A DNA stretch of 64,000 nt, taken from the NCBI GenBank assembly GCA_963776275.1, contig CAVZMI010000023.1, forward strand, positions 384,001-448,000, read 5' to 3'. This document shows positions 28,508 through 40,576 of the stretch, in pieces (within the stretch, counting starts at the first letter, position 1; each line of letters starts with the position of its first letter). Source of the DNA: Ignavibacteriota bacterium (GTDB lineage: Bacteria; Bacteroidota; Ignavibacteria; UBA10030; CAVZMI01). A program made the translations under genes and the position numbers. The notes beneath the pieces are model-generated. The model had not been told where the DNA came from and made no database searches. It saw only the letters and a program-made list of their open reading frames with translations.

Positions 28508-28876
28508 TTAAAGCTTGAGTCCGCCTTCGCGAGCTCCTTCCGCCAATGCCTGAACGCATCCATGATAGCGGAATCCGTTACGATCGAACACCACCTGATG
28601 AATATTTTTTTCAAGCGCTTTTTTCGCCGATGCAATCCCAACCTGCTTCGAAATTTCTTTCGGACGCATTCCTTCTTTCAACGACTCTCGCACTTCTTTT
28701 GTCAGAGACGAGACAGCGACAAGCGTTTTTCCAGTCGAGTCATCAATAATTTGCGCGTAGATATGCTTGAGACTTCGATAGACCGATAGCCGCGGACAGT
28801 CGGTAGTCCCTTCAACAGTCTTTCGAATATGTTGTTTGATTTTTTTTCGATGATATTGTTTGTCTTTTACTTTCAT
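28508..28876 (-). CDS. rplR: 50S ribosomal protein L18
   Basis: PRLSVYRS, HIYAQIIDD, VVFDRNGFRYHG. Confidence 0.97.
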   Translation of the reverse strand: MKVKDKQYHRKKIKQHIRKTVEGTTDCPRLSVYRSLKHIYAQIIDDSTGKTLVAVSSLTKEVRESLKEGMRPKEISKQVGIASAKKALEKNIHQVVFDRNGFRYHGCVQALAEGAREGGLKL

Positions 28877-28896
28877 GGCTGATAGGCCTTTAAATA

Positions 28897-29445
28897 TTAT
28901 TTCCCAACAGTTGCTGCTGCTTTTCCAGCTTTCCGCCGGATATATTCACCTTCGTATTTAACTCCTTTTCCTTTATATGGTTCGGGCGGGCGGAATGATC
29001 GAATTTTCGCTGCAACCTGCCCGACAAGTTGTTTATCAATGCCGGAGATAGTGATGTTTGTTAATGTCGGTGCAGCCAGAGTAATCCCTTCCGGTGGACC
29101 GAATAGAATTGGGTGGGAATATCCGAGTGCAATCAGAATTTTCTTTCCCTTCATTTCAGCTTTGTAGCCAACTCCGACGATCTCAAGTTTCTTCTCATAT
29201 CCCTCGGTGACACCCTTTACCATGTTTGCAATCAACGCACGCCATAATCCATGCAATGCTCGATGAGATTTATCGTCGGCGTGGCGGGAGACGCGTACTT
29301 CACTATTTTTCACTTCAACGGTGATATCCGGGTGTACCTTGGCCTGGAGTTCGCCTTTGGGGCCTTTTACTTTCACAACGCCGTCTGCAACCTTAACTTT
29401 TATACCTGCGGCAATCTGTACCGGTTTACGTCCTATACGTGACAC
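28897..29445 (-). CDS. rplF: 50S ribosomal protein L6
   Basis: MSRIGRKP, KGPKGEL, RPPEPYKGKG. Confidence 0.98.
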   Translation of the reverse strand: MSRIGRKPVQIAAGIKVKVADGVVKVKGPKGELQAKVHPDITVEVKNSEVRVSRHADDKSHRALHGLWRALIANMVKGVTEGYEKKLEIVGVGYKAEMKGKKILIALGYSHPILFGPPEGITLAAPTLTNITISGIDKQLVGQVAAKIRSFRPPEPYKGKGVKYEGEYIRRKAGKAAATVGK

Positions 29446-29480
29446 TGCACTATCTCCTTACCATACACAACAGTTTAATA

Positions 29481-29876
29481 CTACCAAATTCTACACACAA
29501 CCTCGCCGCCAACATGCTGGCGTCGGGCTTCTTTTTCTGTCATCACACCGTGTGATGTAGAAATAATTGCCATTCCGAGTCCATTCAACACTCTTGGAAG
29601 ATGTTCCGAATCGGCATAGACGCGGCGTCCCGGTGTACTGATCCGTTCCAGACCGTTTATGACGCCTTTCCCTTCATAGTACTTGAAATAAATACGCAGG
29701 ATACCTTGTTTCCCATCGCTGATTTCGGTGTAACTTGCGACAAACTTCTGTTGAAGAAGGATTTTTGTCAGCTCACGTTTTAACCAAGACGCCGGAATAT
29801 CAACTTTTTTATGATGCGCCTGCAACGCATTTCGGATCCGCGTCAGGTAATCCGCAATCGGATCAGTCATTGACAT
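29481..29876 (-). CDS. rpsH: 30S ribosomal protein S8
   Basis: MTDPIADYLTRIRNA, ISTPGRRVY, GGEVVC. Confidence 0.97.
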   Translation of the reverse strand: MSMTDPIADYLTRIRNALQAHHKKVDIPASWLKRELTKILLQQKFVASYTEISDGKQGILRIYFKYYEGKGVINGLERISTPGRRVYADSEHLPRVLNGLGMAIISTSHGVMTEKEARRQHVGGEVVCRIW

Positions 29877-29905
29877 GCAATTTTCCTCTCTAAATAAACG
29901 TATTT

Positions 29906-30091
29906 CTACCAGCTTGCTTTTCGAACACCCGGAATTTTCCCTTCCAGTGCCATTTTCCGGAAGCAGAGTCTGCAAATACCAAATTTCCTGTAGTATGACC
30001 GCGGTCGACCGCAAATACTGCAGCGGTTATGGATGCGGACCTTAAATTTTGGCGTTTTCTTCGCCTTTACTCTCATAGCTAATCGAGCCAC
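29906..30091 (-). CDS. rpsZ: 30S ribosomal protein S14, type Z (zinc-binding, 61 aa)
   Basis: [27 protein letters not shown]. Confidence 0.96.
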   Translation of the reverse strand: MARLAMRVKAKKTPKFKVRIHNRCSICGRPRSYYRKFGICRLCFRKMALEGKIPGVRKASW

Positions 30092-30119
30092 AGAATCATC
30101 CTTCCAGATACTATTGACA

Positions 30120-30767
30120 TTATGCCTGCACTGGAGCAGTATCGCGTTTCACAAAAGGCATTCCGAGTGCTTTCAGAAGTTCGTACGCTTCCTCATCGGT
30201 CTTCGCCGTCGTAACGAACGATACATCCATCCCCAAGATTTTTGTCACTTTATCAACATCAATCTCCGGGAAAATGATCTGCTCTTTGACGCCGACGGTG
30301 TAATTTCCACGACCGTCGAAGGACTTGTCTGACATACCGCGGAAGTCACGGATGCGCGGGACAGCGATGCTAATAAACCGATCAAGAAATTCATACATAC
30401 GCGCACGTCTTAATGTCACACGGACTCCGATCGGCACGTTTTCGCGAAGCTTAAAGTTCGAGATCGATTTCCGTGACTTTGTAATCACTGCTTTTTGACC
30501 TGTGATAATTTCCAATTCACGTATGGCGATATCGATCAGTTTCGGATCCTGAGTCGCTGCACCGAGTCCGCTATTGATGCAAATCTTCTCTAGATGCGGT
30601 ACCTGCATGATGTTCTTGTAGTTGAATCGTTTCATCATATATGGTACAATCTCTTGTTTGAATCGCTCATGCAACCGCACCGGCACTTTCTCTTCGATCA
30701 ACTTTTTCTTTTGAGCAGCGGGAGCTTCGGCTGCAGTCCGTGGTTTTTTTTCTTTCACTTTACCCAT
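30120..30767 (-). CDS. rplE: 50S ribosomal protein L5 with N-terminal extension
   Basis: [36 protein letters not shown]. Confidence 0.98.
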   Translation of the reverse strand: MGKVKEKKPRTAAEAPAAQKKKLIEEKVPVRLHERFKQEIVPYMMKRFNYKNIMQVPHLEKICINSGLGAATQDPKLIDIAIRELEIITGQKAVITKSRKSISNFKLRENVPIGVRVTLRRARMYEFLDRFISIAVPRIRDFRGMSDKSFDGRGNYTVGVKEQIIFPEIDVDKVTKILGMDVSFVTTAKTDEEAYELLKALGMPFVKRDTAPVQA

Positions 30768-30785
30768 AGCGCACTTCTCGTTTTA

Positions 30786-31109
30786 TTAAAACATTTCGCC
30801 GTTTACGCGTGCCACACGAACATGTTTCTTTCTGCCTGTCGCCGGATCGATCACCGATGCACCACCGACGCGGGTCGGCTTTCCACTTTTCGGATCGACT
30901 ACCATGACATTTGAAACATGTATCGGGGCTTCTTTCTGGACGATACCTCCCTGCGGATTCCGCTGTGACGGTTTTGTATGCCGTTTCATAATATTCACCC
31001 CTTCGACAATGAGGCGGTTCTTTCCCGGAAACAGCTTCAATACTTTGCCGGTCTTTCCGCGGCTATTACCGGAAATCACAATAACGGTATCGCTTTTTCG
31101 TATTTTCAT
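30786..31109 (-). CDS. rplX: 50S ribosomal protein L24
   Basis: KOW motif, [15 protein letters not shown]. Confidence 0.97.
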   Translation of the reverse strand: MKIRKSDTVIVISGNSRGKTGKVLKLFPGKNRLIVEGVNIMKRHTKPSQRNPQGGIVQKEAPIHVSNVMVVDPKSGKPTRVGGASVIDPATGRKKHVRVARVNGEMF

Positions 31110-31127
31110 AAATTCTCCGCTACACTC

Positions 31128-31496
31128 TCACAGGACTTCTGGTGCTAATGAGACAATTTTCATGTATTGCTTTTCACGAAGTTCACGGGCAACGGGACCA
31201 AAGATACGTGTTCCCCGCGGTTCTCCTTGAGGGTTCAATAATACTGCTGCATTTTCATCGAACCGGATAAACGTACCGTCTTTCCGCCGGGTCTCTTTTT
31301 TTGTCCGGACGATGACTGCACGAGAAATTTCTCCTTTTTTGATTGCCGCTCCGGGGATAGCGCTTTTAACTGAGACAACGATAAGATCCCCTACACCGGC
31401 ATAACGGCGATCATGACCACCCAATACGCGAATACAACGAATCTTCTTCGCCCCGGAGTTATCAGCCACCACTAGGTTTGTTTCTTCCTGGATCAT
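31128..31496 (-). CDS. rplN: 50S ribosomal protein L14
   Basis: [30 protein letters not shown]. Confidence 0.98.
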   Translation of the reverse strand: MIQEETNLVVADNSGAKKIRCIRVLGGHDRRYAGVGDLIVVSVKSAIPGAAIKKGEISRAVIVRTKKETRRKDGTFIRFDENAAVLLNPQGEPRGTRIFGPVARELREKQYMKIVSLAPEVL

Positions 31497-31520
31497 ACTA
31501 ACCTCCTTGCAGGGTGATCG

Positions 31521-31781
31521 TTACTTTGCCTTCTCGAGAATCGCAACCAACCGCCAGCGTTTACGTGCACTCAGCGGACGCATTTCCATAATCTTCACTT
31601 TATCACCGATACTGGCTTCACTTTTTTCATCATGTGCCATCAACCGGCTCGTATGTTTCAAGCGCTTTTTAAACAACGGGTGAGCAATCTGTTGTTCAAT
31701 CGCAACAACGATACTTTTTTGCATTTTATTGCTGACCACAGTTCCGACACGTACCTTGCGCCGTGTTGTTCTTTCTGCCAT
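31521..31781 (-). CDS. rpsQ: 30S ribosomal protein S17
   Basis: [27 protein letters not shown]. Confidence 0.97.
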   Translation of the reverse strand: MAERTTRRKVRVGTVVSNKMQKSIVVAIEQQIAHPLFKKRLKHTSRLMAHDEKSEASIGDKVKIMEMRPLSARKRWRLVAILEKAK

Positions 31782-31800
31782 GATTTCTCTCTACTCCTTA

Positions 31801-32022
31801 CTATACTGGTTGATTCCGCCTTTCCGAAGCCTGGTGGCTCTGACGCTCGTGTAGCACCGTCAATATCCGGGCGACATCTCGGCGGGTTGTACGTAAAAGT
31901 GCAGTGCTTTCCACCTGGCTTGTCCCATGGAGGAATCGCAATTTCCCGAGAGAATCGCGGCTCTCCTGAAGGCGCTTCTCCAATTCTATTGTTGTCATTT
32001 CTCGAATCTCACGAATTTTCAT
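31801..32022 (-). CDS. rpmC: 50S ribosomal protein L29
   Basis: [20 protein letters not shown]; position in S10 operon. Confidence 0.93.
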   Translation of the reverse strand: MKIREIREMTTIELEKRLQESRDSLGKLRFLHGTSQVESTALLRTTRRDVARILTVLHERQSHQASERRNQPV

Positions 32023-32033
32023 TATGCTACCCT

Positions 32034-32457
32034 CTATTGTCCGTCGTATCCCTGACGAACGACAAATCTCGTTTTTATCGGAAGTTTATGCGACGCCAGC
32101 CGTAATGCCTCTTCGGCTGTTTTCTTTGCAATTCCACCGAGCTCAAACATTACGCGGCCCGGTTCAACAACAGCCACCCAGAATTCCGGTGATACCCTTA
32201 CCGCTTCCCATACGTGTTTCAGCCGGTTTCTTTGTGACTGGTTTATCGGGGAAAATTCGGATCCATACTTTTCCTTCGCGTTTCATCAAGCGTGTAAGAG
32301 CAATACGTGAAGCTTCGATCTGCCGGCTGGTGATCCAGCCGGGTTCCATTGCCTTCAATCCGAAATCACCAAAGGCAATAGAAGCTCCTCGGGTCGCTTT
32401 CCCTTTCATCCGACCGCGTTGTGCTTTTCGATACTTTACTCTTTTTGGCATTAACAT
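32034..32457 (-). CDS. rplP: 50S ribosomal protein L16; one extra base near 32193
   Basis: [20 protein letters not shown] joins [26 protein letters not shown] in the next frame. Confidence 0.95.
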
Positions 32458-32548
32458 ACTGCAATTACCCCTTCACCTTGATGGCCTCGCTCGACTTAGT
32501 GTCTCGACTGATGCTCGACACAAGTCAAGTTATTTTTGGTACTCGACA

Positions 32549-33187
32549 CTAGCGGTTAGCTGATCCGAGAATCTCTCCTTTGCATATCCACACCTTCACG
32601 CCGATGGATCCATAGATCGTGTTGGCTGTTACTGATGCATAATCGATATCGGCCCGCAATGTATGGAGTGGAATCCGGCCTTCTTTGTACTGTTCCGTCC
32701 TGGCAATTTCAGCTCCGCCCAACCTTCCGGCGGTCATTACGCGGATTCCCTCTGCTCCCATTCGCGTTGCAGAGGTCATCGCCTGTTTCATCGCTCTGCG
32801 GAATGAAATCCGTCCTTCGATTTGCGATGCAATGTTTTCTGCGACAAGATAAGCATCGAGTTCAGGACGTTTGATTTCGTTTATTAGAATTTTGACTTCT
32901 TTGTTGGTAACCTTTTTCAATTCCTCTTCAAGTTGGGCAATCTCTTTTCCGCTTCGGCCGATGACGATTCCGGGCCGGGATGTATAGATGGAAATCACCG
33001 CCCGTTTCGGTGTTCGCTCGATCATGATTCGTGAGATGCCGGCTTTTTTCAGACGGCTCCGGATATAATTGCGGATGACAAGGTCTTCATAGAGCTTTGC
33101 AGCGAATCCTTTTTCATCGTACCAATTTGAGTCCCACGTCCGAACGATACCGAGCCGAAACCCGACCGGATGAGTTTTTTGTCCCAA
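32549..33187 (-). CDS. rpsC: 30S ribosomal protein S3
   Basis: [34 protein letters not shown]. Confidence 0.98.
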   Translation of the reverse strand: MGQKTHPVGFRLGIVRTWDSNWYDEKGFAAKLYEDLVIRNYIRSRLKKAGISRIMIERTPKRAVISIYTSRPGIVIGRSGKEIAQLEEELKKVTNKEVKILINEIKRPELDAYLVAENIASQIEGRISFRRAMKQAMTSATRMGAEGIRVMTAGRLGGAEIARTEQYKEGRIPLHTLRADIDYASVTANTIYGSIGVKVWICKGEILGSANR

Positions 33188-33195
33188 AGTTCCTC

Positions 33196-33546
33196 CTATT
33201 TCGAAGTCCGTTGTGCGACGATAATCGTAACGTGATTTGCCCTCTTGCGTATCCGGAAAGCGCGTCCCATCGGTGCCGGGAGAATCCGCCTCATTGATGG
33301 ACCCTGGTTGACGAATATTTCTTTAACAAAGAGAGTCTCGGTGTCAATTTTTCCTGCTTCATCCTTGTTCTGAATATTCGAGATTGCCGATCGCAGCACT
33401 TTCTCTGCAACCTTAGATGCATGGTGCGGATCAAAGTGAAGTATACTCAGCGCATCGTCGACTAATTTTCCGCGGATCATGTCGATTACCAATCGCATCT
33501 TGCGTGGTGATGTCCCAATATATCGATGAACTGACCGTGCTTCCAT
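33196..33546 (-). CDS. rplV: 50S ribosomal protein L22
   Basis: [28 protein letters not shown]. Confidence 0.97.
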   Translation of the reverse strand: MEARSVHRYIGTSPRKMRLVIDMIRGKLVDDALSILHFDPHHASKVAEKVLRSAISNIQNKDEAGKIDTETLFVKEIFVNQGPSMRRILPAPMGRAFRIRKRANHVTIIVAQRTSK

Positions 33547-33587
33547 GAATTGTATTCTCCGTTGTTCCCAATCAAAACTTATTCATT

Positions 33588-33872
33588 TTACGCAGATGTA
33601 GTTTCTTCGGATTTGACTCCCGGATGTGCGCGAAAAATTCGTGTCGGGGCAAATTCACCAAGTTTGTGTCCCACCATCCCCTCGTGCACATACACGGGGA
33701 TAAATTTATTACCATTATGGACTGCAAAGGTGTATCCCACAAAGTCAGGAGTAATCGTCGATGAACGTGACCATGTCTTGATCACTTTTTTCTGATTCGA
33801 CTTTATTTGTGCCTGAAGTTTTTTGAGCAATTTCGGATCGACAAACGGACCTTTTTTAAGTGAACGTGCCAT
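33588..33872 (-). CDS. rpsS: 30S ribosomal protein S19
   Basis: [25 protein letters not shown]. Confidence 0.98.
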   Translation of the reverse strand: MARSLKKGPFVDPKLLKKLQAQIKSNQKKVIKTWSRSSTITPDFVGYTFAVHNGNKFIPVYVHEGMVGHKLGEFAPTRIFRAHPGVKSEETTSA

Positions 33873-33875
33873 AGA

Positions 33876-34715
33876 TTATTGAGTCCTCTTATTGCTGCGT
33901 CGCTTGACAATATATTTATCCGACGGTTTATGCTTGCGTGTCTTCATTCCTTTTGTGTTCCAGCCCCACGGCGAGACTGGGTGCGGATTCCCTTGAGGTG
34001 ACTTTCCTTCTCCACCACCGTGTGGATGATCAACGGGATTTTGTACAACTCCACGCGATTGCGGACGGATTCCGAGCCATCGTGACCGCCCTGCTTTCCC
34101 GACGCTGATATTCTCGTGTTCTAGATTACCGACAACACCGATTGTCGCTGTACATTGAATACGCACTTTACGAACCTCACCTGAAGGGAGACGGAGCTGT
34201 GCATAGTCTCCTTCTTTGGCCATCAGTTGAGCAAACGCACCGGCGCTCCTTGCAAGTTGTCCGCCTTTTCCCTGTTTAAGCTCAATATTGTGGATAAACG
34301 TTCCAAGCGGGATATTTTTAATCGGTAATGAATTACCTGATTTAATTTCCGCATTTTCTCCGTTCTGGATGATCTCTCCTACTTTCAAGCCATCAGGAGC
34401 AAGGATATATCGCTTCTCGCCATCAGCATACTGGAGCAGAGCGATTCGGGCAGAGCGATTCGGGTCATATTCGATTGAGGTGACATGTGCATCGACACCG
34501 ATTTTATTTCGTTTGAAATCGATGATGCGATAGAACTTTTTATGTCCGCCGCCGCGATGTCGCGATGTAATCCGACCGGTATTATTCCGTCCCCCCGAGC
34601 TTTTCTTCGGTGTGACAAGAGTTTTCTCCGGCTTTGTCTTTGTAATCTCATCGAAAGTATAGACCGACATCCATCGAGTGCCCGGTGTTGTCGGATTTAA
34701 TTTTCGAATACCCAT
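33876..34715 (-). CDS. rplB: 50S ribosomal protein L2
   Basis: [31 protein letters not shown]. Confidence 0.98.
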   Translation of the reverse strand: MGIRKLNPTTPGTRWMSVYTFDEITKTKPEKTLVTPKKSSGGRNNTGRITSRHRGGGHKKFYRIIDFKRNKIGVDAHVTSIEYDPNRSARIALLQYADGEKRYILAPDGLKVGEIIQNGENAEIKSGNSLPIKNIPLGTFIHNIELKQGKGGQLARSAGAFAQLMAKEGDYAQLRLPSGEVRKVRIQCTATIGVVGNLEHENISVGKAGRSRWLGIRPQSRGVVQNPVDHPHGGGEGKSPQGNPHPVSPWGWNTKGMKTRKHKPSDKYIVKRRSNKRTQ

Positions 34716-34733
34716 ATTCGTTTATTCTCCAGG

Positions 34734-35027
34734 TTACGTATTGGCGAAGAAATCGATCTTCTCGCCTTCTTTTAGCGTCACGATTGCCTTCTTCCATGAT
34801 GCAGTCTCACCCTGAAATCGGCCGCGTTTTGTGAGCTGCGTCTTCGATTTTCCTCTGAGGTTAATCGTACGAACGCTTACCACGCTTACATTGAATTTTT
34901 TTTGTACCGCGTGTGCAATTTCAATTTTATTTGCACGCGGACTCACTTCGAATGCATACTGATTATGTGCATCTTGAAGTGCAGTCATTTTTTCCGTCAC
35001 AAGGGGCTTTACTAAAATTTCTTTCAT
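34734..35027 (-). CDS. rplW: 50S ribosomal protein L23
   Basis: PLVTEK, ANKIEI, WKKAIVTL. Confidence 0.97.
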   Translation of the reverse strand: MKEILVKPLVTEKMTALQDAHNQYAFEVSPRANKIEIAHAVQKKFNVSVVSVRTINLRGKSKTQLTKRGRFQGETASWKKAIVTLKEGEKIDFFANT

Positions 35028-35036
35028 TGGATTCTC

Positions 35037-35666
35037 TTAGCTTGTCAATGTACCTTCCAGCACCTGGATTGCGCTCTTCTGGATCAGTAATATCTGATGG
35101 TTCACGATATCGTAGGTGGACGCTTTATCGGCTTCACATACCGAGAGTTTCGGTATATTACGGCTTGATCGAACGACGCCGGTATTCGCTTTGGGAGTCA
35201 GAAGAAGAATTTTCTTCTTATTCAACCCGAGCGATTGAAGAAGCTGCGCCATCTCTTTTGTCTTGGGTGTTTCCATCGTGAAATCTTCTACAACAACAAT
35301 CGCTTGATCTTTTGCCTTATAGCTCAATGCTGATTTCCGCGCGAGCTTTTTTACTTTTGCCGGTAAGCGGAGCACATAATCGTGCGGCGTCGGTCCAAAG
35401 ATCGAACCACCCCCAATCCAGATCGGATTTCTGGTTGATCCCGAGCGGGCACGGCCTGTATGTTTCTGTTTCCACGGTTTTTTCCCTCCGCCGCGGACTT
35501 CAGATCGGTTTTTTACATCATGTGTTCCTTGCCGCTGATTCGCCATATACACCCGGATTGCCTGATAGAGCGCGTGATCGTTCGGTGTAATCTCGAATAT
35601 TTCCGGGGACAGTGTGATCATTTCACCTGATTTACTTCCGTCTTTTTTAAGTACTTCTAATTCCAT
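35037..35666 (-). CDS. rplD: 50S ribosomal protein L4
   Basis: RQGTH, RSEVRGGGKKPWKQKHTGRARSGS. Confidence 0.98.
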   Translation of the reverse strand: MELEVLKKDGSKSGEMITLSPEIFEITPNDHALYQAIRVYMANQRQGTHDVKNRSEVRGGGKKPWKQKHTGRARSGSTRNPIWIGGGSIFGPTPHDYVLRLPAKVKKLARKSALSYKAKDQAIVVVEDFTMETPKTKEMAQLLQSLGLNKKKILLLTPKANTGVVRSSRNIPKLSVCEADKASTYDIVNHQILLIQKSAIQVLEGTLTS

Positions 35667-35685
35667 GACTCTGCCCGTTTCTCAG

Positions 35686-36318
35686 TTACTTCGCTGCTTT
35701 TATTATCTCAACAAACCCGTTATTGCATCCTGGAATAGAACCTCGTACAAGCAGGAGGTTCGATTCCGGAATGATCTTGACGACACGAAGATTTTTCACC
35801 GTCACACGTTTGTCGCCCATATGTCCCGCCATCCGTAATCCCTTAAACACTCTTGATGGATAGGAGCTTGATCCGATTGATCCCGGTGCCCGTTCGCGGT
35901 CGCTCTGACCATGAGTCCGGAATCCACCGCCGAAATGATGTCGTTTCACAACTCCCTGAAATCCCCTGCCTTTTGAAACACCCACAACATCGACACGATC
36001 ACCCTGCTCGAATATAGTATCAACCGTAATTGCTTTCCCAGGCTGCAGATTGGCAACGTCGAACCCTTTAACCTCACGGATAAATCGGAGTGGCTTTACA
36101 CCCGCTTTGTCGAAGTGTCCTCGCATAGGTTTTCTTGTCCGTCGATCCGGTTTTTCCTCAAAACCAAGCTGCACAGCTTCATAGCCGTCTTTTTCTTTCG
36201 TCTTGATCTGAGTGACGAAACATGGACCCGCTTCGATGATTGTGCAGGGAATCATTTCCCCGTTCGTTTCATCGAAGACGTTGGTCATTCCGACTTTTTT
36301 GCCTAATAATCCTGCCAT
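35686..36318 (-). CDS. rplC: 50S ribosomal protein L3
   Basis: [36 protein letters not shown]. Confidence 0.98.
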   Translation of the reverse strand: MAGLLGKKVGMTNVFDETNGEMIPCTIIEAGPCFVTQIKTKEKDGYEAVQLGFEEKPDRRTRKPMRGHFDKAGVKPLRFIREVKGFDVANLQPGKAITVDTIFEQGDRVDVVGVSKGRGFQGVVKRHHFGGGFRTHGQSDRERAPGSIGSSSYPSRVFKGLRMAGHMGDKRVTVKNLRVVKIIPESNLLLVRGSIPGCNNGFVEIIKAAK

Positions 36319-36344
36319 GGTTCTCGTCCATTTCTCTACCACGG

Positions 36345-36430
36345 AGTGGTACTGTTTACCGTACCGCAAGGCGATCTTGCCTCACTCTGTTTGTCGGAGC
36401 GGGACAGCCGCGGGGCGGCACTGTTTCACT
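36345..36430. repeat. Dispersed structured repeat, copy 1 (rpsJ-rplC spacer)
   Basis: GGTACTGTTT..TCTTGCCTC..TCGGAGCGG..CCGC..GGCGG.ACT.TTT is colinear with 36913-37026. Confidence 0.6.
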
Positions 36431-36578
36431 TTGTTCTAACATCCTAAAGAACTGCTTTGCTGTGTTACACCATAAAGAAAATACACCACTGACATCCATT
36501 GCGACCCGATTACAATCGGGACGGGGGAGTAGTCACCAACTCAATACTCGTATTACCGAAATCGTTACGACGAGCGCC

Positions 36579-36887
36579 TTACACCTTGATCTCGACATCT
36601 ACACCTGCCGGGAGCTCAAGCTTCATCAACGAATCAACGGTTTTGTTCGTTGAATTCAGAATGTCGATGAGACGCTTATGGGAGCGGGTTTCGAATTGCT
36701 CTCTCGATTTCTTGTCCACGTGCGGCGACCGCAACACGGTGTAGACAGTCTTCTTGGTGGGAAGTGGGATCTGGCCCGAGACCACTGCACCTGTGGACTT
36801 TACCGTTTTTATGATCTTCTCTGCCGATTTATCGATCAGATTATGATCATACGATTTCAGTTTGATACGAATTTTTTGACCAGCCAC
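36579..36887 (-). CDS. rpsJ: 30S ribosomal protein S10
   Basis: [25 protein letters not shown]. Confidence 0.98.
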   Translation of the reverse strand: MAGQKIRIKLKSYDHNLIDKSAEKIIKTVKSTGAVVSGQIPLPTKKTVYTVLRSPHVDKKSREQFETRSHKRLIDILNSTNKTVDSLMKLELPAGVDVEIKV

Positions 36888-36903
36888 TGTTCTGAGCCTT
36901 CCT

Positions 36904-37026
36904 TACCGTAAAGCGGTACTGTTTCACCGCACTACGAAATGGTCTTGCCTCGCTCCCCGTCTCGCCGAGTCTCGACGAGGCGGACGTTCATCGGAGCGGA
37001 ATTACCGCCGAAGGCGGTACTATTTT
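36904..37026. repeat. Dispersed structured repeat, copy 2 (tuf-rpsJ spacer) containing a nested hairpin element
   Basis: Colinear with 36345-36430; 36950-36986 matches 52937-52973 at 35/37 nt; 36913-36929 is the exact reverse complement of 5483-5499. Confidence 0.7.
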
Positions 37027-37100
37027 TCCCCATCTTTTATACTACGTACATAATAACACCGTACCGGTCACAGGTGTGACACCGGGACGGATATATAATC

Positions 37101-38309
37101 TTACTCAACAATCTTCGTTACAACACCGGAAGCTACGGTACGGCCGCCTTCACGAATCGCGAAACGAAGTCCTTCTTCCATCGCGATATCCGAAATCAGT
37201 TCAATGCCCATATTATCTAGATTATCGCCCGGCATGACCATTTCTACTCCCTGCGGCAGTGTGACGACACCGGTGACGTCCGTTGTACGGAAGTAAAACT
37301 GCGGACGGTAACCATTCAGGAATGGTGTATGACGGCCGCCTTCTTCTTTTTTCAACACGTACACCTGTGCATTAAATTTCTTATGGGGTGTAATTGAGCC
37401 TGGTTTTGCAATCACCTGACCACGCTCAAGTTCGTCCTTCTCGACACCACGCAACAGCAATCCGGCGTTATCGCCTGCGACAACTTCGTCGAGCTCCTTG
37501 CGGAACATTTCCGTACCGGTGACGACGGTCTTTTTATGCTGACCGAGACCGACAATTTCAACCTCATCGCCTACTTTTACACGACCGCGTTCAACACGGC
37601 CCGTACCGACCGTTCCACGACCGGTAATTGAAAACACATCTTCAACGGGCATTAAGAATGGTTTATCAACATCACGCTGGGGAAGCGGAATATAACTATC
37701 AACTGCATCCATCAATTCCATAATGCATTTGAATGCAGGATCATTGAGTTTGCTCTCGGGCTTTATCGCGGCTTCAAGGGCTTTCAATGCCGATCCGCGG
37801 ATAATTGGAATTTCGTCGCCCGGGAACTGATAGTATGTGAGAAGATCGCGGAGTTCCATTTCGACGAGTTCAAGGAGCTCGGGATCAGCGGCGTCGACTT
37901 TATTTAAAAAGACAATGATACGCGGGACACCGACCTGACGTGCAAGGAGAATATGTTCACGAGTTTGCGGCATCGGACCGTCAGTCGCCGCAACAACCAG
38001 AATTGCACCATCCATCTGAGCAGCACCGGTGATCATGTTTTTAACATAATCGGCATGTCCCGGACAGTCGACGTGTGCATAGTGGCGTTTTTCCGTTGAA
38101 TATTCAATGTGTGCTGTAGCAATCGTGATACCGCGTTCTCGTTCTTCGGGAGCGTTATCGATTGAGTCGAAGGTACGAATCGCCGATAACCCTTTTTTTG
38201 CAAGCACCATTGTAATTGCTGCAGTAAGAGTTGTTTTTCCGTGGTCAACGTGGCCAATTGTCCCAACGTTCACGTGGGGTTTATCACGCAGGAATTTTTC
38301 TTTTGCCAT
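37101..38309 (-). CDS. tuf: Elongation factor Tu
   Basis: [35 protein letters not shown]. Confidence 0.99.
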   Translation of the reverse strand: MAKEKFLRDKPHVNVGTIGHVDHGKTTLTAAITMVLAKKGLSAIRTFDSIDNAPEERERGITIATAHIEYSTEKRHYAHVDCPGHADYVKNMITGAAQMDGAILVVAATDGPMPQTREHILLARQVGVPRIIVFLNKVDAADPELLELVEMELRDLLTYYQFPGDEIPIIRGSALKALEAAIKPESKLNDPAFKCIMELMDAVDSYIPLPQRDVDKPFLMPVEDVFSITGRGTVGTGRVERGRVKVGDEVEIVGLGQHKKTVVTGTEMFRKELDEVVAGDNAGLLLRGVEKDELERGQVIAKPGSITPHKKFNAQVYVLKKEEGGRHTPFLNGYRPQFYFRTTDVTGVVTLPQGVEMVMPGDNLDNMGIELISDIAMEEGLRFAIREGGRTVASGVVTKIVE

Positions 38310-38391
38310 TCTATATTCTCCTTTTTACTATAGATGTGAATCGTTTACATTCATCATAGGGTATTGTGATCGCCCTTAATCGTCGTCTCGA

Positions 38392-40500
38392 TTATGTCTG
38401 CACTTCAGTAGCCTCTTTACCTCTCACTTTTTCAATGATCTGATCAGAAATCGTTCGTGGAGTTTCATCATAGTGTGAGAATTGCATAGTATAAATTGCA
38501 CGTCCTTGTGTCATTGAACGCATCTGTGTTGCATATCCGAACATCTCCGACAGCGGCACCATTGCCTTAATCACCTGGGCGTCTTTACGGGCCGACATCC
38601 CTTCGATCTTACCCCGCCGGGAACTTAAATCGCCTAGTACATTGCCCATGTATTCTTCGGGCGTTACCACTTCCACCGCCATGATCGGTTCCAGAAGCAC
38701 GGCCCCTGCTTTCCTTCCCGCTTCCCGGAAAGCCATCGAACCGGCGATTTTAAATGATATCTCGTCCGAATCCACTTCATGATACGACCCGTCATAGAGC
38801 CGTACTTTCACATCCTCGACCGGATAGCCTGCCAGGATACCGTTCCGCATCTGTTCCGCGATGCCCCGTTCGACTGCCGGAATATACTCTTTCGGAATCG
38901 CACCTCCCGTGATATCGCTGACAAATTCGAAGCCCTTTCCTTTTTCGTTGGGTTCGACTTCCAGCTCTACGTGCGCATACTGTCCGCGACCACCGGACTG
39001 CTTCACATGCTTATATACCTGAGAGACTCTCTTTTTTATCGTCTCTTTATATGCAACCTGCGGTTTCCCGACATTCGCATCAACTTTGAATTCCCGCTTC
39101 ATCCGATCGACAATAATTTCAAGATGAAGCTCTCCCATTCCATTAATCAGCGTTTGGCCCGTGTCCTCATTTGATGTAACGCGGAATGTCGGATCTTCTT
39201 CGGCCAGTTTACTGAGTGCTTCCGACATTTTTTCCTGATCTGCCTTCGTCTTCGGTTCAATCGCGATCGAAATAACGGGGTCAGGGAATTCCATTTTTTC
39301 CAGGATAATCGGATCAGATTCACAACAGAGCGTATCACCCGTCCGTGTATGTTTCAGACCGACGGCTGCCAGGATATCGCCGGTATATCCTACCTCCACG
39401 TCTTCACGGTGATTTGCATGCATCCGAAGAACGCGTCCGATACGTTCTTTTTTCTCGCTGACCGGATTATAAATGTACGAACCCGCCTCGACCGTGCCGC
39501 TGTATATTCGAAAGAACGTCAGCTTTCCCACATAGGGATCTGTTGCAATCTTAAACGCAAGTGCTGAAAACTTCTCATCATCGCTCACTCTGCGTGTAAC
39601 GTGGTCGTGCACATATTGATGGTGACCCTGAACCGCACCTCCATTCACGTCAAGCGGCGACGGAAGAAAATCGACCACCCCATCCAACAGATTCTGAACT
39701 CCTTTATTCTTAAACGAAGAGCCGCATAGTACCGGAATAATCGAGACTTTTAGCGTTGCCCGACGAAGAACTTCTTTGATCTCCTTCGGTGAAATTTCTT
39801 TTCCATCAAGAAACTTTTCCAGCAGTGTATCATCTTCATTGGCTACCGCTTCAAGCATCTTGATCCGGTACTCACTGGCCCGCTTTTCGAGATCGTGTGG
39901 TATCGGAATATCTTCCCATGTCGCCCCTAACGATTCTCCTTTGAAGATTCTGGCTTTCATCGTAATGAGATCGATGATGCCGGAAAATATATCGCCTTCG
40001 CCAACCGGGAGATGAACAGGAACCGCATTTGCACCGAGCCGATTCTTCATCATAGTAATGACATTGAGAAAATCGGCTCCGACACTGTCCATTTTATTGA
40101 CAAACGCAATACGGGGGACGCCATACTTATCAGCCTGACGCCACACTGTCTCCGATTGCGGTTCAACTCCTCCGACAGAACAAAATAACGCTACCGCACC
40201 ATCAAGTACACGAAGCGAACGCTCAACCTCGACCGTAAAATCAACATGACCCGGTGTATCAATAATATTAATCCGATTGTTATCCCAGAAGCAGCTTGTC
40301 GCGGCACTGGTAATCGTAATACCACGTTCCTTCTCCTGCTCCATCCAATCCATCGTCGCTGCGCCGTCATGGACTTCCCCCATACGGTGGAGCACACCGG
40401 TATAGAAAAGAATACGCTCTGTTGTCGTTGTTTTTCCCGCATCGATATGCGCCATTATACCAATATTGCGCGTACGCTCTAACGGGTATAATCTTGTCAT
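38392..40500 (-). CDS. fusA: Elongation factor G
   Basis: [37 protein letters not shown]. Confidence 0.99.
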   Translation of the reverse strand: MTRLYPLERTRNIGIMAHIDAGKTTTTERILFYTGVLHRMGEVHDGAATMDWMEQEKERGITITSAATSCFWDNNRINIIDTPGHVDFTVEVERSLRVLDGAVALFCSVGGVEPQSETVWRQADKYGVPRIAFVNKMDSVGADFLNVITMMKNRLGANAVPVHLPVGEGDIFSGIIDLITMKARIFKGESLGATWEDIPIPHDLEKRASEYRIKMLEAVANEDDTLLEKFLDGKEISPKEIKEVLRRATLKVSIIPVLCGSSFKNKGVQNLLDGVVDFLPSPLDVNGGAVQGHHQYVHDHVTRRVSDDEKFSALAFKIATDPYVGKLTFFRIYSGTVEAGSYIYNPVSEKKERIGRVLRMHANHREDVEVGYTGDILAAVGLKHTRTGDTLCCESDPIILEKMEFPDPVISIAIEPKTKADQEKMSEALSKLAEEDPTFRVTSNEDTGQTLINGMGELHLEIIVDRMKREFKVDANVGKPQVAYKETIKKRVSQVYKHVKQSGGRGQYAHVELEVEPNEKGKGFEFVSDITGGAIPKEYIPAVERGIAEQMRNGILAGYPVEDVKVRLYDGSYHEVDSDEISFKIAGSMAFREAGRKAGAVLLEPIMAVEVVTPEEYMGNVLGDLSSRRGKIEGMSARKDAQVIKAMVPLSEMFGYATQMRSMTQGRAIYTMQFSHYDETPRTISDQIIEKVRGKEATEVQT

Positions 40501-40576
40501 AGAACTATCTACTCTCCCCTGCCCGTCGACATCCCCTCATTTATATGGATCCAAGCGGGCCGGCCTTTTCAACCGA

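Noticed and set aside
40075-40100. EF-G NKMDS instead of the usual NKMDR
   Set aside because: Single substitution in an error-prone assembly; not interpretable without reads
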